Shown: piece after piece, positions 38,301 to 50,520 of the stretch | Layout of the letters: each line of letters starts with the position of its first letter | Numbering within the stretch: the stretch's first letter is position 1 | DNA from: Eledone cirrhosa | Lineage: Eukaryota | Direction of reading: 5' to 3' | Assembly (NCBI GenBank): GCA_964016885.1 | Contig: OZ024757.1 | Span: forward strand, 33,852,001 to 33,916,000 | Length of the DNA stretch: 64,000 nt | Translations under genes and position numbers: made by a program | The notes under the pieces: model-generated | Database searches by the model: none | The model's input: only the letters and a program-made list of their open reading frames with translations | Told to the model about the DNA's origin: nothing

Positions 38301-41300
38301 TGGGAAGGCTGCTGGACTGTCAGGGATAGTTGCTGAGATGCTGAAGGCATCAAGAGAAGTAGGCATTAAACTAGTTGCACGCATCATCAATCAGGCTATA
38401 TATGGTGGTGTCATACCCAAAGACTGGTGCAGCAGTATTCTCATAAATTGCTACAAAGGTAAAGGGGATTCTCTAGAGAGGAGCAATTATAGGGGCATAA
38501 AGCTGATGGATCAGGTTATGAAAGTGGCAGAGAGAATATTAGCACAACTGATTAGAGAAAGGGTCAAATTAGATGAGATGCAGTTTGGTTTTGTGCCTCG
38601 GAAAAGTACAACAGATGCCCTCTTCTTAGTGAGGCACCTACGAGAGAGGTTCTTAGAGAAGAATAAACCACTATACTTAGCTTTTGTTGACCTAGAGAAG
38701 GCCTTTGATAGGGTATCCCCATCTGTCATCTGGCGGTCCCTAAGGAAACTAGGTGTAGAGGAATGGCTTGTGAGGACAGTGCAAGCTATGTACAGGGGTG
38801 CTGTCAGTAAAGTGAGAATAGGAATGGAGTTTAGTGAGGAATTCCAGATATAAGTAGGTGTACATCAGGGTTCGGTCCTCAGCCCGCTCTTGTTCATTAT
38901 AGTCCTCCAAGCCATAACAGAGGAGTTTAAGACTGGATGCCCATGGGAACTTCACTATGCTGATGATCTGGTTCTTATAGTAGAATCAGTAGAGGATCTA
39001 GAGAATAAATTCTGGCTATGGAAACAGCAGTTGGAATCAAGAGGTCTGAGAGTGAACCTAGCTAAGACAAAAGTGTTGATGAGTAGAAAAGAGGACAATA
39101 CTCTGATTCCATCAAGGAAATGGCCATGTTCGATATGTAGGAAAGGAACTGGAATAAATTCCATAAAATGTATGCAATGCAGATCTTGGGTACACAAGAG
39201 ACGTAGTGGGATAGCAGGCAAACTAACAGGTAGGGAAAACTACGTATGCAGTAGATATACATGGAAAGTTGGCAGTAGTAATCGCAGTGATAGACACATT
39301 TTTCCAATGCAGGTGGGTTCTATAGAAGTGGTTGATAGCTTCCGGTACCTAGGTGATTAGATTAACATGGGAGGGGGGGGAGGTGTTCCGAGGCCATAGT
39401 ATCTAGAATAAGGACGGGTTGAAAGAAGTTTAGGGAGCTACTTCCTCTGTTGACAAAGAAGGGTTTCTCTCTGCTTACGAAAGGATGGTTGTATGATGCC
39501 TGTGAGGAGCGCGATGCTGCATGGTAGTGAGACATGGGCAGCAACTGCAGAAGATATGCGACGGCTGGAGAGAAATGAAGCAAGTATGCTCCGTTGGATG
39601 TGCAATGTCAATGTGTGTGAACGACCAAGTATAGACGAGTTGAGACAGAAACTGGGTATAAGAGGGATAAGTTGTGGTGTGCAGGAGAGAAGACTGAGAT
39701 GGTATGGAGATGTGATGCGCATGGAGGATGACCGCTGGGTAAAGAAGTGCCAAGAAATGCCAGTAGAAGGAAGACGCAGTAGAGGTAGACCACGAAAAAC
39801 ATGGGTGGAGGTGGTGAGAGTAGACCTCAGATAGCTGAAACTCACCGAGGAATGACGAAGGACCGTGACAAGATGCTGTGCTGAATAGGACCCGTCCAAC
39901 CCTTGCAAACAGGGAAAAGCAAACGTAAAATGATGATGATGATGATGATGATAGTAAAATAAAAAATATATAACATTTATTTATACACAGTATATATTAT
40001 ATTATTTATTATATAGGCGATGGATTGGCAGTATCGGTAGAGGGTCGGACGCCATGCTTTGACGCATAGAGTTTCGGCCCTTGCCATTCTGAGTTCAAAT
40101 CCCGCCAAGGTTAACTTTGCCTTTCATCCTTACGGTGTCGATAAAATAAAGTACCAGTAATGCACTGGGTAATTGCTGGCCTTGTGCCTAAAGTAGAAAC
40201 AATTATTTATTATATAGGCGGTGGATTGGCAGTATCGGTAGAGGGCCGGACGCCATGCTTTGACGCATAGAGTTACGGCCCTTGCCATTCTGAGTTCAAA
40301 TCCCGCCGAGGTTAACTTTGCCTTTCATCCTTACGGGGTCGATAAAATAAAGTACCAGTAATACACTGGGTAATTGTTTATTATATATTATTTACAATTT
40401 ACATGTAGGCAGGTTTCTGTGTAAATAAGGTTGGGGGGGTGCTGAGAGTATTACGTGGCCCAAAAAGTTTGAGAACCTCTGGACTAAATCAAGGCAGTGC
40501 TCCAGCATGGCCAGTAAAAGAATATATAAGAAACAATAATAAATAAGAGGTAGGTGGATAGATTAATTGATATTGTCAGGTTATTGAAAAGACAAAGAAA
40601 TAACCACTACATACTTGAGGGTATTCTGTACAAGGAAACCAGCAACAACTGCCATAGTGGTGGGAAGACTAGCTGCGCAGACACCTTCACGTTTTAAGGT
40701 TTTCTCATCAGTTTTGGTAGCAACAATCAAAGGTGGAGCACACTTTGAAAATAAAATAAATAAGTAAACATCACAGTGTTAGAATGTCAGGTAGAATGCT
40801 CTGCTCTGTCGCTATTCCTGTTCTTCTCTGAATTCTGAGTTCAAATCCCAGGTCGACTTTGCCTTTCATTCTTTCGTGGTCAAAAAAAGTACCAGACCAG
40901 TACTGGGTCTCGGTCCTGTGTCATCGCCTTATATATAATTTATTCTTTATTATCATTAAAATTAATATAAAAATAATTATATTTTTTTCAGAGGAGGGTC
41001 TCAAATTTCATATAGCTTAAACCTCAACAGGTGAAGTCTGGGCCTGATAGTATTGACCACCATAGATCACAACAAACCAATACTGACCACTACAAGCATT
41101 AGTTAGAAATGTATTAATGAGGTCTTGTTCTTGTTTTAATTTGTATACACATTCATACACTCATAAAAACAGACATATAAAAATGTATACACGCATTTAT
41201 ACATACACACACATATAAACAAACATGTCCACATACACATACATACAAAAGAGAAGAGATATCTTAAAAGAGTGTCAAAAAGAGAAGCCATAGAAACTTA

Positions 41301-44300
41301 CAGCAAAACATGGGGTCTCCCCTGGAATGACAACCTGAATGTGTCCTGACACAGCAGTTTCACTGACTCCTGATTCCATCCACACTTGACCTAACTCATT
41401 ACAAGCCTGTTAAATAAGAAAGAAATAATCAATCATATTTTTATGAGTTGCTGAGAAAATTATTAACTATCAATGTACGTTAGTTTAAAGTTAATTACTT
41501 CAATACAGGTTTTTGATAATGAAAACATAGTTGAACAAGTTGGGTATATAAACCATCAGAGACAAAAAGAAAGTGGACAACTAGTTGTTCTTCTTAATGC
41601 CAACCATATTTACAGCATGGACAGGGTGCTTTTTTTCATTTCATGGCACTGAAATGACCAACTGACAGGTTGGACTGGCTACTTTTTCATCATGTCACCA
41701 GCACAACCACCTTACAGGGTGGACCAGGTCCTTCCAATAAATCTATATTTTAATTATTTTAACAATGAGTTTTTAAGGTACTTACAGTATTGATAGCAAT
41801 TCTTGCTTCAAAGTTGTCAACACAACTCAGGACTAAGTCAACAGGAGAATTTTCAGTTTTTCCACCAGTCCTGATTAAGAAAACCAACACACATAAATAT
41901 ATATAAATCAATGAAAAAAAGAGTTAGTTGATTTGTAATCAACTACACTTATATATAACAGATGCCAAGCACTCAACAGTATATATTTATCCAGAGTATT
42001 ATTATAATAATTGTTTCTACTTTTTGGCACAAGGCCAGCAATTACCCAGTGCATTACTGGTACTTTATTTTATTGACCCTGTAAGGATGAAAGGCAAAGT
42101 TATCCTTGGTGGGATTTGAACTCAGAATGGAAAGGGCTGTAACTCTATGCGTCAAAGCATGGCGTCCGACCCTCTACCGATACTGCCAATCCACCACCCT
42201 TTTTATTATTATTATTATTATTATTATAATAAATGTGCTGGCCTTGTACGAAAAGTAGAAACAATTATAATAATAATAGTAATAAACGAAAGTTGTATAC
42301 TTTACATCCTCTATATAAATAGAGGATATAAAGTATACAACTTTCGTTTATTACTATTATTATATATAAATGTATGTAAAAAGTATCTTAACAATTAAAT
42401 CTCTCCCAAGGTAACTATCTCGTGTTATTATTATCCTTTACGCTCTTTCCTACATTCTTCTACACGCCATACATCTCAACGTACACCCACTTACATCTCT
42501 CTCTCCACCACCGGATCTTGTTACCCGGAGATTTACCCATCTGCATTGTCGAGGCTTCCAAACGACTTAAAGAAATTTACCTTATTATTCCACAATGTTT
42601 CAAGCTAACTTCAATACTCTCTTATATATATAAGACACACGACCGTGACCTCTGGCGTCACGCAGTAATACAGAGTACCCGACCTCCTATGGGTACAAGC
42701 TGAAGCATACAGACAATATGCCCCCACACCCTCCCACTGCAAGGTGGTCGTGGGGGTGCCACAGCAAAAAAGCACCCAGCCCACACTGTAAAGTGGTCGT
42801 GTAGGTGCCACGGAAAGAAAGCACCCAGCACTCACTGGAAATGAGGTTGGTGTTAGGAAGGGCATCCAGCTGTAGAAATCAAGCCAAAATCAGTTCCTGT
42901 ATGAGCAAGGCATGGTCAGCCGACCAGACACTGCCCACAACAGGACAACCCGTCTAACCCATGCTAGCATGGAAGAACGGACGTAAAACGGTGATGATGA
43001 TGATGATATATATATATATAACAAAATGAGACCACCACTTGACCACTCAACTTAGGCACAAGGCCAGCAATTTGGAGAGGCAGGAAGTCAATTAAATCAA
43101 CCCCAGTGCATTACTGGTACTTTATTTTATCAACCCTGTAAGGATGAAAGGCAAAGCTAACCTCAGCAGGATTTGAACTCTATGCTGTGATGCATATTGT
43201 GCGACGCTGCTGATGCATATTGTCCGACGCTGCCAATGCATATTGTCCGACGCTGCCAATGCACCACCCTAAATAAAACTAAAAACAACAATAATGCTTG
43301 ATAAATACCAAATCAAATGTTATGTTATTAAAATTAAACAAGGCTTACTTAATCTTGTCCATAAAGTGCTGAAAGTTGTCCATTGTTGTAATATTGTAAT
43401 TAAAGACTTCAAATTTCACATCAGGATTGATTTCTCTGCAAATCAATAGAAGAGATCAATGATAAATATGGCGTGTTTTGTGGAATAAACAGTGTCACCT
43501 GCAGAGTGCGCGAATGTTGTTCTTGTTGTTAACGGTGGTGGTGTGTAATGACAGTATGGTGGTGATAGTGGTGTTGGTAGTGGTGGTAGTGTTGGTGGTG
43601 GTGGTAGTGTGTGAGTGAGTGGTGTTAGTGAGTTGTGTTAGTGAGTGGTGTTGGTTAGTGTTGGTTAGTGGTGTTGGTTAGTGGTGGAGAGTGTTGGTGA
43701 GTGTTGGTTAGTGGTGTTGGTTGGTGAGTGTTGGTTAGTGGTGTTGGTTAGTGTTGGTTAGTGGTGTTGGTGAGTGTTGGTTAGTGGTGTTGGTTAGTGG
43801 TGTTGGTTAGCGGTGTTGGTTAGTGGTGTTGTTTGTTGGTTAGTAAGTTAGTGAGTGGTGTTAGTGAATGGTGTTAACCAACACCACTCACCAACACTAA
43901 CCAACACCACTCACCAACACTAACCAACACCACTCACCAACACCACTAACCAACACCACTCACCAACACTAACCAACACCACTCACCAACAACACTAACC
44001 AACACCACTCACCAACAAACACCACTCACCAACACCACCCACCAACACCACCACCACCAACATACACACACTTAGACACACATTCAAATAAGAAAATGGA
44101 ACATGAATAAGTAGTTAAGAACTCTCAGGTGAGCTGAATAACAGAAGGTCTTCAGAGAAGAACCCCTCTCCCCACACACACTCAAGCAAGTGTTTCAGCC
44201 CTGAACCTTTTAGCATTTAAACTGGCCACATCCGGCCAACATTCTCTCCCCCTTTTTCTGTTCAAACTGGCCATAACCGGCCACTCATGTCAGCATTAAG

Positions 44301-47300
44301 ATATTATTCTCAAAATAAACAATAATATCATCAAAATCTTGGTAGATTTGAGATTATGTAAGGTAAAGCCTTTACCATGAAAATATAATAGTATATATAG
44401 AGTAATGTAAATATTAAAGGGTTAATAAAACAAAACAAGGAAGCTAACATACATCAAAGTTTTCTCAGCTGCTTCTACTTTACTCATTCCAGCTTGGTGT
44501 GGTTGGTAGAACAGCCTGTTCATATTAGCCAGTTCCACCTTATCATAGTCAAACAAAATTAACTGAAACAGAGAACATAGAGACAGTTACCCTATCATCA
44601 TCACTGTTTAACATCCATTTTTCAGTGCTAGCATGGGTTAGACGAGTTGTCTTAATGACCAAAACAACAACAATAATAAATCAATACCTTTCCAATACCA
44701 CATCTTGTCAACATTTCCGCTGTTACACTGCCAACACCTCCAACACCAACCACAGCGATGGAAAAATTACGAATATCCTGAAAAATATATAAGATAGGTT
44801 GTCTTGTCTTAACAATGTAGTTACCATATATACTCAAATACAAGCTGATAACCCCTATCTTGCTCAGAATATTGACCTCCTGGAAACTGTTCAGGGACGT
44901 GCAACCAAGCGAATACCCTCCATCAGGCATCTACCATACTCTGAACGCTTTGCTTCCCTGGGCATGGATACATTGAAGCTCGGACGTCTGGCAACTGACT
45001 TGGTAAACACCCACAAAATTATTTACCATCTTGCCAACAACAACCCTGAACACCTTTTTGAATTCCATGTATCTAACACCCATGGGCATGCCTACAAAGT
45101 CAGAAAACAGCAGAGCTCCCATGACTTTCAGAAACATTTTTTTCATGCTGAGTTGCTGAAGCATGGAACAAACTACCTGCATCAGTTGTTAGCTGTCGAG
45201 ACACTGCATCCTTTAAAACCTCCATGGTTCCTGAAATTCGCCAAAACTACACCTGATATGCCCCCCTCCATACACACGCACACATGTATATCATGATTCA
45301 TACACTATTCACTTCCCTGACATTTGTATATTATTCTATGTACTATTCATGCACCTTTGATGAGTTGTAGTGCACCTGAGCAATGTACACAATAATTTCG
45401 GTGAATTGGCAGTATCGGTAGAGGGTTGGACGCCATGCTTTGACGCATAGAGTTACGGCCCTTGCCATTCTGAGTTCAAATCCCGCCGAGGTTAACTTTG
45501 CCTTTCATCCTTATGGGGTCGATAAAATAAAGTACCAGTAATGTACTGGATAATTGCTGGCCTTGTGCCAAAAGTAGAAACAATTATTATTATAAGCCAA
45601 CCCCAGTATTTTAGAAATGGGCAAATATCCAAACCTTATTTATGTAGAAGTTGAAGTTGGTGAAAATTGTCAAAATATAAGCCAATCACACTTTCTACCA
45701 TTAATTTTAAAGGGCGGTGGATTGGCAGTATCGGTAGAGGGTCGGACGCCGGGCTTTGCAGCATAGAGTTATGGCCCTTTATGATCTGAGTTCAAATCCC
45801 GCCGAGGTTAACTTTGCCTTTCATCCTTACAGGGTCGATAAAATAAAGTACCAGTAATGCACTGGGATAATTGCTGGCCTTGTGCCAAAAGTAGAAATAA
45901 TTAATCAGATATTCCTCAGTTTATATTCAACTATACACGGTAATAATAATAAAAATATTCAGGGAAAATATAAATTAGATAATTTCAAACCCAAAGATGG
46001 TGATGGTGATGGGGGGGGGGGGGGGGTTAAAGGTGGTGATGAGGATGGTGGTGGGGCTGATAATGATAATGATGATAATGGAGATGGTGGTGATGATGAT
46101 AGTGATAGTTTTTGATGATGATGGTGGTGATGTTGATGATGGTGACAATGATGATGGTGGTGGTGATTATAATGGTGATGATGATGGTTTGTGATGACGG
46201 TGATGATGATGGTGATGATGATGATGAAACCCAAAATACACTCACCTCATAATTATCAACAATTCCCATCCGTTTCAATGCCATTAAACGACTGTTGAAG
46301 ATAAACCAATAGAATTATCTTGATTAGTAAACATCCAGAATAATAGAATATAACAGAATGAAAGAATAGTGGTGAATTGGCAGAGCATCAGATAGAATGC
46401 TTCATCATATTCATTCTGGTTCTCTGTGCTCTGAGTTCAAATCCTGCCAAGGTCAACTTTGCTTTTAACTCAGTTCAATACTGGGGTTAGTTCTCTCTGG
46501 AACAAGTTGGCTGTGTTCGCTGGACAGTAGAATTAACGTGTAAGTGGCTGAGCATATAACAAGGACATGTCCCTTTACCCTAATTCTCAGGGAAATTCAG
46601 CATGAAACGATGTGACAACACCAGCCTTTTGAATTGGTGGGGTTCCAAACAATTTCTGTCTACCCAATTTCATTCAGAGAGAGAAAGGGATGGACTCTCC
46701 CAGGTTTAATGATTTAGCATTTACATTACTCTATATTTATTATTATATTTTCATGGAAAAGGCTTTATCTCACATAATATAAAATCTATGAGATTTTGAT
46801 ATTTATTTTGAAAACAATACCTTAACATCAGTATGAGTGGCCAGATACAGCTGGTTTAAATTCTAAAGGGTTAAGGGGCCCAAAACCCAACATATACCAC
46901 TACAGTGCCTCGTAACTATAATCAGGAGTTATGACTTCATAGCATTGCAATAGAACAAACCTGATTTCTATAAAAGAACACAATAACAGGGCTTGACTGA
47001 CAGCTTCCATTTCATATTGGTTGCTGTTGAGACCTCAAGTAATCTTGGTTCCCACACTGCTGATTTCCTTCGTAAAATCAGAAAGACAGCAGCCTGCCTG
47101 ATGAAGGATCCCCATAAGATGGAGCGGCTGTTGCAGTAGATGTCACCAGCCATTCTCTGCAGCAATACTCTTGCCATTTTATCTGCAGGCCACAACTGAA
47201 ACACTGCTCAGACTGGAAGGGTAGAGCCTGTCCCCCCTCCCCTCCTCTTCCTTTATTTAGTTGCTTAATTTCCTTTTTTTTCTTATTATTTTCCTCTCTC

Positions 47301-50300
47301 TTTTCTTTGTTTCCATATTGCCATATATATTGTACATTTTTTTTACTACAGGATATTTTGTTTTGCAATAAATTTTAACGCCTGTGTGTTAAAAAATAAC
47401 AAATTTGCCATCAAGAATTTGGAAAAAATTTAAGCATTATTTAGTTGTTTGACTTTCAGAGTAAAACTAGAAACATACATATATGTCACAGCCTTAACTT
47501 CTGATGTTGTTGTAGAAGTAATGTAGTGATATATAGCATATCTGGAGCATCTTAACCCTTTAGCATTTAAACCGGCTGTATTTGGCCATAATTCTCTCAC
47601 TTCTTTCTGTTCAAACCGGCTGTAACCAGCCACTCATACTGATGTTAAGGTATTGTTCTCAAAATGAATATCAAAATCTTGTAGAATCGATATTATGTGA
47701 GATAGTTATGTGAAGTAAAGCCTTTACTGTGAAAATACAATAGTATATATAGAGTAAATGCTAAAGGGTTAAACCTTGTGGTGTCCATCTCTGTCCAGGT
47801 CTAAACATGGCTGATTTCTTCCAGAGAAAGTGAAAAAGAGAAGACAAAAGAAAGGAAGTGAGAAAGCGATATAGAGGAACTCCAACCTCAGTATTTAATC
47901 TGCAATTTATCTATCAACCTTGCCTAGATGAAAGACAAACCTGACACTGGCAGGATTTGAACGAGCAATGCAAAAAGCTAGAATAAATACCATGAAGCAC
48001 TATAACGACTGCCAATTATCTATATACTACTAAAACTCTGTGATTGTGTGCTTGTCTGTAATTTAATACAGTCAAAATGGCGCATGATGGGAATACTTGT
48101 TAGACTTACGATATTAATGACATGGATTTGATTCCTGAACTGGGTTGTGTGTTGTGTTCTTGAGCAAAACACCTCATTTCATGTTGCTCCAGTATAATCA
48201 GCTGAAAATGAGTAACAGCAATAGCTGGGGATTTAACCCTGTGCTGGACTTGCATCCTGTCCAGGGGAGAGTCTTCTATGCTCAGTTGCTTCCCGCCATG
48301 GAAACCGGGATAAGCAGCAGCCTGATGAGCATACGGGCTTGAGACTGTCTTTCATCCTTCTAAAGTCTAAGTTGAAATTGCAGAACATAAAGGGATGGAA
48401 CAAATGCCACAAGGAATTTGCCTGACACCCAAAGAAATCTACCAATTCATCACTAATATATAGAAATTATTGTCTCGCATGGTTAACAGTGCCTGGGCTG
48501 CATGCAGCCCATTTGGCTTTCTAAATGGTATGCCTAATTTCAAAATTGCCTTGAATTTTTTAGTAGTGCCCTATAATGAGTCACATCTTGTGTGGCACAT
48601 TGCTCGAAAAAGGTTGCCCATGCCTAGTTTATAGTGTGTTGTATGATTTTCTAATACAGCTAATGTTTAATGATGAATTGTAAAGTGGTAGTGCTGGTGC
48701 CATGATAAAATGCATCTAGCCAACACAATAAAGTGGTAGTATTGGTGCTACAATAAAATGCATCCAGCCCACACTCTAAAGTGGTAGTGCTGGTACCATG
48801 ATAAAATGCACCCATCCCACACATTGAAAAGCGGTAGTGCTGGTACCATGATAAAATGCACCCATCCCACACATTGAAAAGTGGTAGTGCTGGTACCATG
48901 ATAAAATGCACCCATTCCACACATTGAAAAGTGGTAGTGCTGGTACCATGATAAAATGCACCCATTCCACACATTGAAAAGTGGTAGTGCTGGTACCATG
49001 ATAAAATGCACCCATCCCACACATTGAAAAGTGGTAGTGCTGGTACCATGATAAAATGCACCCATTCCACACATTGAAAAGTGCTAGGGCCATGATAAAA
49101 TGCACCCATCCCACACAGTAAAGAGATAGTGCTGGTGCCATGATAAAATAAACTCAGTTCTCTCTGATCCAACAACTGGAACAATCGCCATTGGGGCCGA
49201 CGGAAGTCCATTTGATAGTGGGAGGGGGGAATAAGATATATAAACAATAGCTGTATCGAAGTACTAAAGAGTATTGGTTTAGTATTAGATATAAAATTAT
49301 TGAAGATCACCAGCTGTTGAAGTATCAGCTGTTTTCAGATAGGTTTGTCGTTGAGCCTCTAGCGGTAGAGACCTCTGGTGTACTGGGACCCCGAACATAT
49401 AGCAGTGGAGATTTCTGGAGTTCTGGGTCCCGAACCTATAGCAGCGGAAACTGCTGACGTTCTGGGTCCTCCAACCTGCTCCCCATTCACTGCTATCGAG
49501 GCAGAGTTGGCCACCAGCTGGAATGAGTCCCACGAGTTGAAATGGTTATTTCAACATGCCTCCTTCGCTATCCTTTGGGGTAACACTTTCACCATTCTGT
49601 CCTCCGCTGATCCCCCGAGGCGGCTTGTGCCTCGTGTTCTGCACGCCATAGAACATTCTCCCGCACGCCCCCACACAAAACCACAACGACAGCAACGTTA
49701 ACAAAACAACAATAAAACCCAAGTGTAAAACAACAAGTATATATAGTTTCCCACCTATGTATATATTTATCTTCGAATAATAAATACAACTACATATATC
49801 TATCTACAATAATTCGTGTCCAGCTTCGTAGCAACTACTAAATATGTTTGACATATGGTTGACTTAAGTGATAAATACAAATTGCTTTCGACAACATACA
49901 ATGGCAAAATTTGTCCGGGTCAGATATTGTCGATTGTAATTTAAAGGTATTTTATTTTTTTAAATCAGTCTATCTGAGAGGGATATAAACTCATAACAAT
50001 TAAGGCATTAAATCCAGTCATCTACATATATAGAAAGAGGGAGACTAATTAATGGAGAGAGAACTGTTAATAGATATAGTCGAGGTGTTCTTTGGAAGAT
50101 ATATCTCAGATAAGGGAATTATATATCTCAGATAAGGGAATTACAAGGAAGAAATATAAATTTACAGTGTACCTGTAAGGGTTAGAATCAACAACTTCTG
50201 AACTCATTTTGTCAATTTTCGATCTCTGGTTTGAACTAGACTTAACATCTTGTTCGTAAACAGCCAACTTTTCTTCAAGTTGATGAATTTTTTGCTGTAA

Positions 50301-50315
50301 TTCTTCAACAGACAT
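32231..50315 (-). CDS. UBA5: Ubiquitin-like modifier-activating enzyme 5 (UFM1 E1), complete 12-exon gene, 1197-nt CDS, 398 aa
   Basis: Exons joined by hand with GT-AG boundaries and consistent phases: 50315-50173, 46291-46246, 44777-44688, 44562-44453, 43435-43349, 41870-41786, 41406-41302, 40742-40615, 36413-36278, 35729-35651, 34281-34172, 32308-32231. Hallmarks: [29 protein letters not shown] nucleotide loop, [28 protein letters not shown], catalytic [45 protein letters not shown]. Confidence 0.97.
34172..34281 (-). CDS. UBA5: UBA5 exon 11 ([36 protein letters not shown])
   Basis: cag| ... AAG|gtaagg, 110 nt. Confidence 0.94.
35290..35610 (-). mobile_element. tRNA-derived SINE family 1 in UBA5 intron 10
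   Basis: Near-identical to 140-482 in reverse. Confidence 0.85.
35651..35729 (-). CDS. UBA5: UBA5 exon 10 ([26 protein letters not shown])
   Basis: tag| ... A|gtaagt, 79 nt. Confidence 0.93.
36278..36413 (-). CDS. UBA5: UBA5 exon 9 ([45 protein letters not shown])
   Basis: cag| ... AAG|gttaga, 136 nt. Confidence 0.96.
36780..39952 (+). mobile_element. Near-full-length, inactivated RTE-clade LINE (APE endonuclease + RT), antisense in UBA5 intron 8
   Basis: [54 protein letters not shown]; in-frame stops and frameshifts; (TGA)n tail. Confidence 0.95.
40016..40376 (+). mobile_element. Two tandem tRNA-derived SINEs (family 2, Deu/Nin-like central domain)
   Basis: B box gagttcaaatccc, core gcctttcatccttacggggtcgataaaataaagtaccag; other copies at about 8980-9320(-), 27050-27180(-), 34735-34880(+), 43055-43270(-), 46370-46490(+), 52600-52710(+), 55070-55190(+). 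Confidence 0.88.
40615..40742 (-). CDS. UBA5: UBA5 exon 8 with catalytic Cys ([42 protein letters not shown])
   Basis: aag| ... AA|gtatgt, 128 nt. Confidence 0.96.
41302..41406 (-). CDS. UBA5: UBA5 exon 7 ([35 protein letters not shown])
   Basis: cag| ... GCT|gtaagt, 105 nt. Confidence 0.96.
41786..41870 (-). CDS. UBA5: UBA5 exon 6 ([28 protein letters not shown])
   Basis: cag| ... ACT|gtaagt, 85 nt. Confidence 0.95.
42010..42199 (-). mobile_element. SINE family 2, inverted, UBA5 intron 5
   Basis: Reverse complement of 40016-40203. Confidence 0.88.
43349..43435 (-). CDS. UBA5: UBA5 exon 5 ([28 protein letters not shown])
   Basis: tgcag| ... AA|gtaagc, 87 nt. Confidence 0.95.
44453..44562 (-). 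CDS. UBA5: UBA5 exon 4 ([36 protein letters not shown])
   Basis: cag| ... AT|gtatgt, 110 nt. Confidence 0.96.
44688..44777 (-). CDS. UBA5: UBA5 exon 3 ([30 protein letters not shown])
   Basis: cag| ... AAG|gtattg, 90 nt, GxGxxG loop. Confidence 0.96.
44830..45395 (+). mobile_element. CR1/L2-group LINE 3' fragment in UBA5 intron 2
   Basis: [23 protein letters not shown]; same family as 22545-23158. Confidence 0.88.
45399..45897 (+). mobile_element. Two SINE family 2 copies (45399-45584, 45713-45897)
   Basis: Match to 40016-40376. Confidence 0.85.
46246..46291 (-). CDS. UBA5: UBA5 exon 2 ([15 protein letters not shown])
   Basis: cag| ... GAG|gtgagt, 46 nt. Confidence 0.95.
47000..47195 (+). 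mobile_element. CRE-like remnant
   Basis: [10 protein letters not shown]...[13 protein letters not shown]. Confidence 0.6.
47556..47768. mobile_element. piggyBac-like MITE
   Basis: TTAA TSDs, ccctttagcattta TIRs. Confidence 0.8.
48680..49150. repeat. 50-bp tandem repeat, about 9 copies, SINE-derived
   Basis: Unit aagtggtagtgctggtaccatgataaaatgcacccatcccacacattgaa. Confidence 0.92.
49340..49625 (+). mobile_element. CRE-like remnant with triplicated EPIAVET segment
   Basis: [11 protein letters not shown]...[20 protein letters not shown]. Confidence 0.7.
50173..50315 (-). CDS. UBA5: UBA5 exon 1 (MSVEELQQ...DSNPY)
   Basis: ATG at 50315, donor AG|gtacac, 143 nt. Confidence 0.93.
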
Positions 50316-50520
50316 CTTTATAAAATGTTTCTTTCGCTTTTTATAAGTCCAAAATGAATGTTGTTTCTTCGTTTGGTTATTTTTAAACGAAGATTTCGAA
50401 GAACGACAATGTAACTAAAAAACAACAACGTTTCGGCACGAAAACGATTACGTGTAAATAAAGGGAGATAAGTCACACGATCAATTTACTCTCTTTTCAA
50501 TTATCTCCCTTAGAGGTAAT
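50316..50520 (-). promoter_or_regulatory. Probable UBA5 5' UTR/core promoter with inverted AGGGAGATAA / TTATCTCCCT pair
   Basis: Non-repetitive, CpG-retaining sequence directly upstream of the ATG; aagggagataag at about 50461 and ttatctccctt at about 50501. Confidence 0.5.

Larger units (their letters stand above)
36707..40481. mobile_element. hAT-type non-autonomous element carrying nested insertions
   Basis: TIR cagaggttcccaaa / tttgagaacctctg; 8-bp TSD gactaaat at 36699-36706 and 40482-40489. Confidence 0.8.

Noticed and set aside
36780-39952. Active autonomous LINE
   Set aside because: Multiple frameshifts and in-frame stops (e.g. at 38851 and 39358).
44652-44930. Stand-alone bacterial ThiF/MoeB-like gene
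   Set aside because: It is UBA5 exon 3 read through intron and antisense CR1 sequence.
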